18,579 bases of DNA from a bacterium (lineage in GTDB: Bacteria; Krumholzibacteriota; Krumholzibacteriia; LZORAL124-64-63): contig JANOEP010000030.1 in assembly GCA_031441465.1 (NCBI GenBank), positions 1 through 18,579 on the forward strand. The letters are read 5' to 3'. The notes below the pieces were generated by a model that was not told the origin of the DNA, made no database searches, and saw only the letters and a program-made list of their open reading frames with translations. The position numbers and the translations under genes are program-made. Below, one piece after another: positions 15,549 through 18,579 of this stretch; position 1 is the first letter of the stretch, and every line of letters begins with the position of its first letter.

Positions 15549-17789
15549 ATGACCGAGATCAGGGGCGCTGCGCTGCCGTTCGACATCGACCGCGCCCTCG
15601 ACGATCAGATCCTGGCCGTGATGCAGAACCGCCCGACGGTGGTGCTGACCGAGGCGTTGGATCCGCGCACCGTCGAGGCCGCCTGCCACCTCTCACGCTT
15701 CGCGCGGCTGGTGTTCCTGGCGGACGAGGCGGCGGTGCGGGCCGTCCAGCGCGATCAGTTGCCCCACCTCGACGCGACCCGCGTGGCGTACACCTTCCAG
15801 AACGCGGCCTTCATCGACCCGGCGACCCGTTCCGACCTGCTGGACGAGTTCGTCGACGAGTACCTGGCCCTGCCCGCGGAGCTGCGCCGGGCCGACCTGC
15901 CGCAGGAGGCGCGCCTGCTGCTGAGCGAGCCCGCCCGCTTCGGCATCATGTGCGTGCGCTGCGGCCACGCCGACACGGTCGTCGGCGGCCTCACGCACGA
16001 GCCGCGGCAGTACTTCCGGCCCATGCTGCGCCTGCTGCGCGTCAACAAGGTCATGTGCGAAGCGGGCATCTTCGTGCTGCCCCCGGATCACCCCGAGGGC
16101 ATCTTCCCGCACAACATCGTGATCTTCGGCGACGTGGGCGTGAACGCGACGATGACGCCCGAGACGCTGGCCCGCATCGCGGTGGGCACCTGCGCCGTGG
16201 CCCGCGACCTCTTCCCGGAGGACGTGCTGCCGACGATCAACGGCGCCATCGTCAGCTACTCGCACAAGGGCTCCGACGAGGGCCCGTCGCCCGAGCTGGT
16301 CCGTCGCGCCACGGCCCTGGTGCCCGAGATCCTCGCCGAGCGCATCGCCCTGGGCGAGCGCTATCGCACGATCCACATCGAGGGCGAGGTCAAGATCTCC
16401 ACCGCCCTGTCGCGGCGCTCGGCCATGTACTACCAGCCGGCCGAGGGAGCGCCCGGGGGCACCAACGTCATCATCGCGCCCAATCTCGACCTGGGGAACC
16501 TGCTGTTCCACCTCTACGCCACGCGCTACCCGGAGGCGAAGAAGTTCCCGGTGATGTTCGGCGTGCGCTTCAAGGGCGTGGACCTGCCGATGGACTCCTC
16601 GGCGCAGGACGTCATGCTCGCCGTCAAGGCCAGCCTGCTGCGCCACCACAAGTTCGGCCACTGGACCCGCACCCCCAAGGACACCTTCTTCCCGCGCCCG
16701 CGCATCCTGGCGATCAACCCCGGCTCGACCAGCACCAAGATCAGCGTCTACGAGGGCGACCTCGAGTGCTTCACCAAGGAGCTGCAGCACGGCGCCGCCG
16801 AGCTGTCGCCCTACGATTCGCGGCCCATCACCGAGCAGGCGGGCTTCCGCAAGGAAGCCGTGCTGGCCGCGCTGGCCGAGCACGACCTGACGCCGGCCGA
16901 CCTCGACGCCGTCGCCGGGCGCGGCGGTCTGGTGCGGCCCATCCCCCACGGCACCTACGCCGTCAACGAGCGGATGCTGGCCGACCTGCGCGCCGCCGTG
17001 GGCGGGGAGCACGCCTCGAACCTCGGGGCGCTCATCGCCGACGAACTCTGCCGCGGCACCGACCTGCCCGCCTACATCGTCGACCCCGTGGTCGTGGACG
17101 AGGTCTGGGAGAAGGCCAAGATCACCGGCTTCAAGGCGGTCCGCCGCCTGGTGATCAGCCACGCCCTGAATCAGATCGCCACGGCGCAGCGCTTCGCGCA
17201 GGAGCACGAGACGTTCTACGAGCGCATCAACGTGATCGTCTGCCACATGGGCGGCGGCATCACCGTCGGCGCCCATCGCCGGGGCCGCTACCTGGACGTC
17301 AACAACGGGCTCAACGGCGAAGGCCCCTTCACGCCGCAGCGCTCCGGCACCGTGCCCACCGGACAGCTCATCGACCTGTGCTTCTCGGGCCGCTTCACCC
17401 AGGCCGAACTCAAGCTGCTGAACAAGGGACGCGGCGGGCTGATCGACCTGCTCGGCACCGCGGACCTGCGCGAAGTGGAGCGGCGCGTCGCCGACGGCGA
17501 CGAGTGGGCGACCCTGGTCTTCGACGCCATGGCCTACCAGATCGCCAAGCACATCGCCATGCTGCTGCCCGCCTTCCAGGACGAGCCCGTCGACGGCATC
17601 CTGCTGACCGGAGGCATGGCCCGCAGCGCCGGTCTGGTCGCGGCGATCCGCTCCTACGTCCCGGCGCACTGCGGCCGGGTCGTCGTCTATCCCGGCGAGA
17701 ACGAGATGGCCGCCCTGGTCCAGGGAGCCCTGCGCGTCCTGAACGGCAAGGAAGAGGCCCGCATCTACGCCCCGGAGGCCGAGTCGTGA
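15549..17789 (+). CDS. buk: Fusion of a degenerate phosphate acyltransferase (PTA/PTB) domain (about aa 1-375) and butyrate kinase (about aa 385-746)
   Basis: Start reassigned to ATG 15549 (RBS GGAGG). Kinase motifs ILAINPGSTSTK, GRGG, EHASNLG, VDPVVVDE, HALNQ, HMGGG, LTGGMA and YPGENEM. The N-domain has PTA-like segments (GHADTVVGG, SYSHKGS, NVIIAPNLDLGN). Confidence 0.92.
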   Translation: MTEIRGAALPFDIDRALDDQILAVMQNRPTVVLTEALDPRTVEAACHLSRFARLVFLADEAAVRAVQRDQLPHLDATRVAYTFQNAAFIDPATRSDLLDEFVDEYLALPAELRRADLPQEARLLLSEPARFGIMCVRCGHADTVVGGLTHEPRQYFRPMLRLLRVNKVMCEAGIFVLPPDHPEGIFPHNIVIFGDVGVNATMTPETLARIAVGTCAVARDLFPEDVLPTINGAIVSYSHKGSDEGPSPELVRRATALVPEILAERIALGERYRTIHIEGEVKISTALSRRSAMYYQPAEGAPGGTNVIIAPNLDLGNLLFHLYATRYPEAKKFPVMFGVRFKGVDLPMDSSAQDVMLAVKASLLRHHKFGHWTRTPKDTFFPRPRILAINPGSTSTKISVYEGDLECFTKELQHGAAELSPYDSRPITEQAGFRKEAVLAALAEHDLTPADLDAVAGRGGLVRPIPHGTYAVNERMLADLRAAVGGEHASNLGALIADELCRGTDLPAYIVDPVVVDEVWEKAKITGFKAVRRLVISHALNQIATAQRFAQEHETFYERINVIVCHMGGGITVGAHRRGRYLDVNNGLNGEGPFTPQRSGTVPTGQLIDLCFSGRFTQAELKLLNKGRGGLIDLLGTADLREVERRVADGDEWATLVFDAMAYQIAKHIAMLLPAFQDEPVDGILLTGGMARSAGLVAAIRSYVPAHCGRVVVYPGENEMAALVQGALRVLNGKEEARIYAPEAES

Positions 17790-18579
17790 CCCCGATCCGC
17801 ACCCTGGACGAGATGGTCGCATCCCTGCGCTCGATGCCTGCCCGGCACGTGGCCGTGGCCGCGGGCCACGACCCCAACACGATCGAGGCCGCGGCGCGCG
17901 CCGTCCGCGAGGGGATCGCGCGGGTGACCCTGGTGGGCGACGCGGCCCGCATCGCCGCGCTCTGCGCCGCGCAGCGGCTCGACGAGCGCGCCTTCGACGT
18001 GGTCGACGAGCCGGACGTCGCGACCGCGGGGCTGCGCGCCCGCGACCTGGTGCGCGAGGGCCGCGCCGACGTGCTGATGAAGGGCCTGATCCCCACCGCC
18101 GACTACATGAAGTCGATCCTGGACAAGGAGCGCGGCCTGCTGCCCGCGGGCGCGGTGCTGACCCACCTGACGGTGTTCGAACTGCCCGCCCACAGCGCCC
18201 GCCACGGCAAGCTGCTGTTCGTCAGCGACGTGGCGGTCATCCCGTTGCCGGATCTCGCGACGAAGAAGCAGATCCTGCGCTGCTGCATCGACGCGGCCCA
18301 CAGCTTCGGGCTGGAGCGGCCCCTGGCCGCCCTGCTGGCCGCCAGCGAGAAGGTCAGCCCGAAGATGCCGGCGACCGTCGAGGCGGCGGCGATCACCGCG
18401 GCCGCCGCCGCGGAATTCCCCGACGCCGTGGTCGACGGGCCCCTGGCCCTGGACGTCGCCATCTCGCCCGAGGCCTGCGACATCAAGGGCCTGGTCTCGC
18501 CGCTGGGCGGCGCGGCGGACATCCTGGTCTTCCCCAACATCGAGAGCGGCAACATCTTCTACAAGGCGGGCACGCTGCT
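17786..18579 (+). CDS. ptb: Phosphate butyryltransferase, 3' truncated by the window edge (absent from the ORF track)
   Basis: GTG 17786 overlaps the buk stop (GTGA). My translation: MTPIRTLDEM...VAVAAGHD...ADVLMKG...SDVAVIPLP...ASEKVSPKMPAT...VDGPLALDVAIS...ADILVFPNIESGNIFYK. No stop occurs before the window end. Confidence 0.92.
   Translation, partial: MTPIRTLDEMVASLRSMPARHVAVAAGHDPNTIEAAARAVREGIARVTLVGDAARIAALCAAQRLDERAFDVVDEPDVATAGLRARDLVREGRADVLMKGLIPTADYMKSILDKERGLLPAGAVLTHLTVFELPAHSARHGKLLFVSDVAVIPLPDLATKKQILRCCIDAAHSFGLERPLAALLAASEKVSPKMPATVEAAAITAAAAAEFPDAVVDGPLALDVAISPEACDIKGLVSPLGGAADILVFPNIESGNIFYKAGTL

Overview
High-GC bacterial chromosomal window with 12 complete and 2 edge-truncated protein genes. 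I found no CRISPR array, rRNA/tRNA, transposase or integrase. Left to right: 3' end of an unidentified gene; PEP synthase/PPDK regulatory kinase-pyrophosphorylase (+); secreted, Cys-rich, apparently non-catalytic protein with two CBM20 starch-binding modules and a C-terminal WGSVKSMYR tail (-); an intergenic region holding a 166-bp T-shaped palindromic element (42-bp inverted repeats around two sister hairpins); a MarR regulator with a marO-like operator (+); icmF (-); YkgJ-type Cys-cluster protein coupled to a cysteine desulfurase-family enzyme (+); CBM9/DUF5916 envelope protein, nitronate monooxygenase/FabK-family flavoprotein and DUF6884-like protein (+); a minus-strand operon of signal-less YkuD (ElsL-like) peptidase, divergent MurC/Mpl-like ligase and PgeF; and a fusion of a degenerate phosphotransacylase domain to butyrate kinase followed by a canonical-looking ptb (+, truncated). 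Best leads are the T-shaped palindrome, the probably non-catalytic PTA domain on butyrate kinase, the peptidoglycan recycling/editing operon and the C-terminal WGxVKxxYR motif. An FCB-related candidate-phylum host is my inference only. All family calls come from motif recognition by eye; no database search was run.
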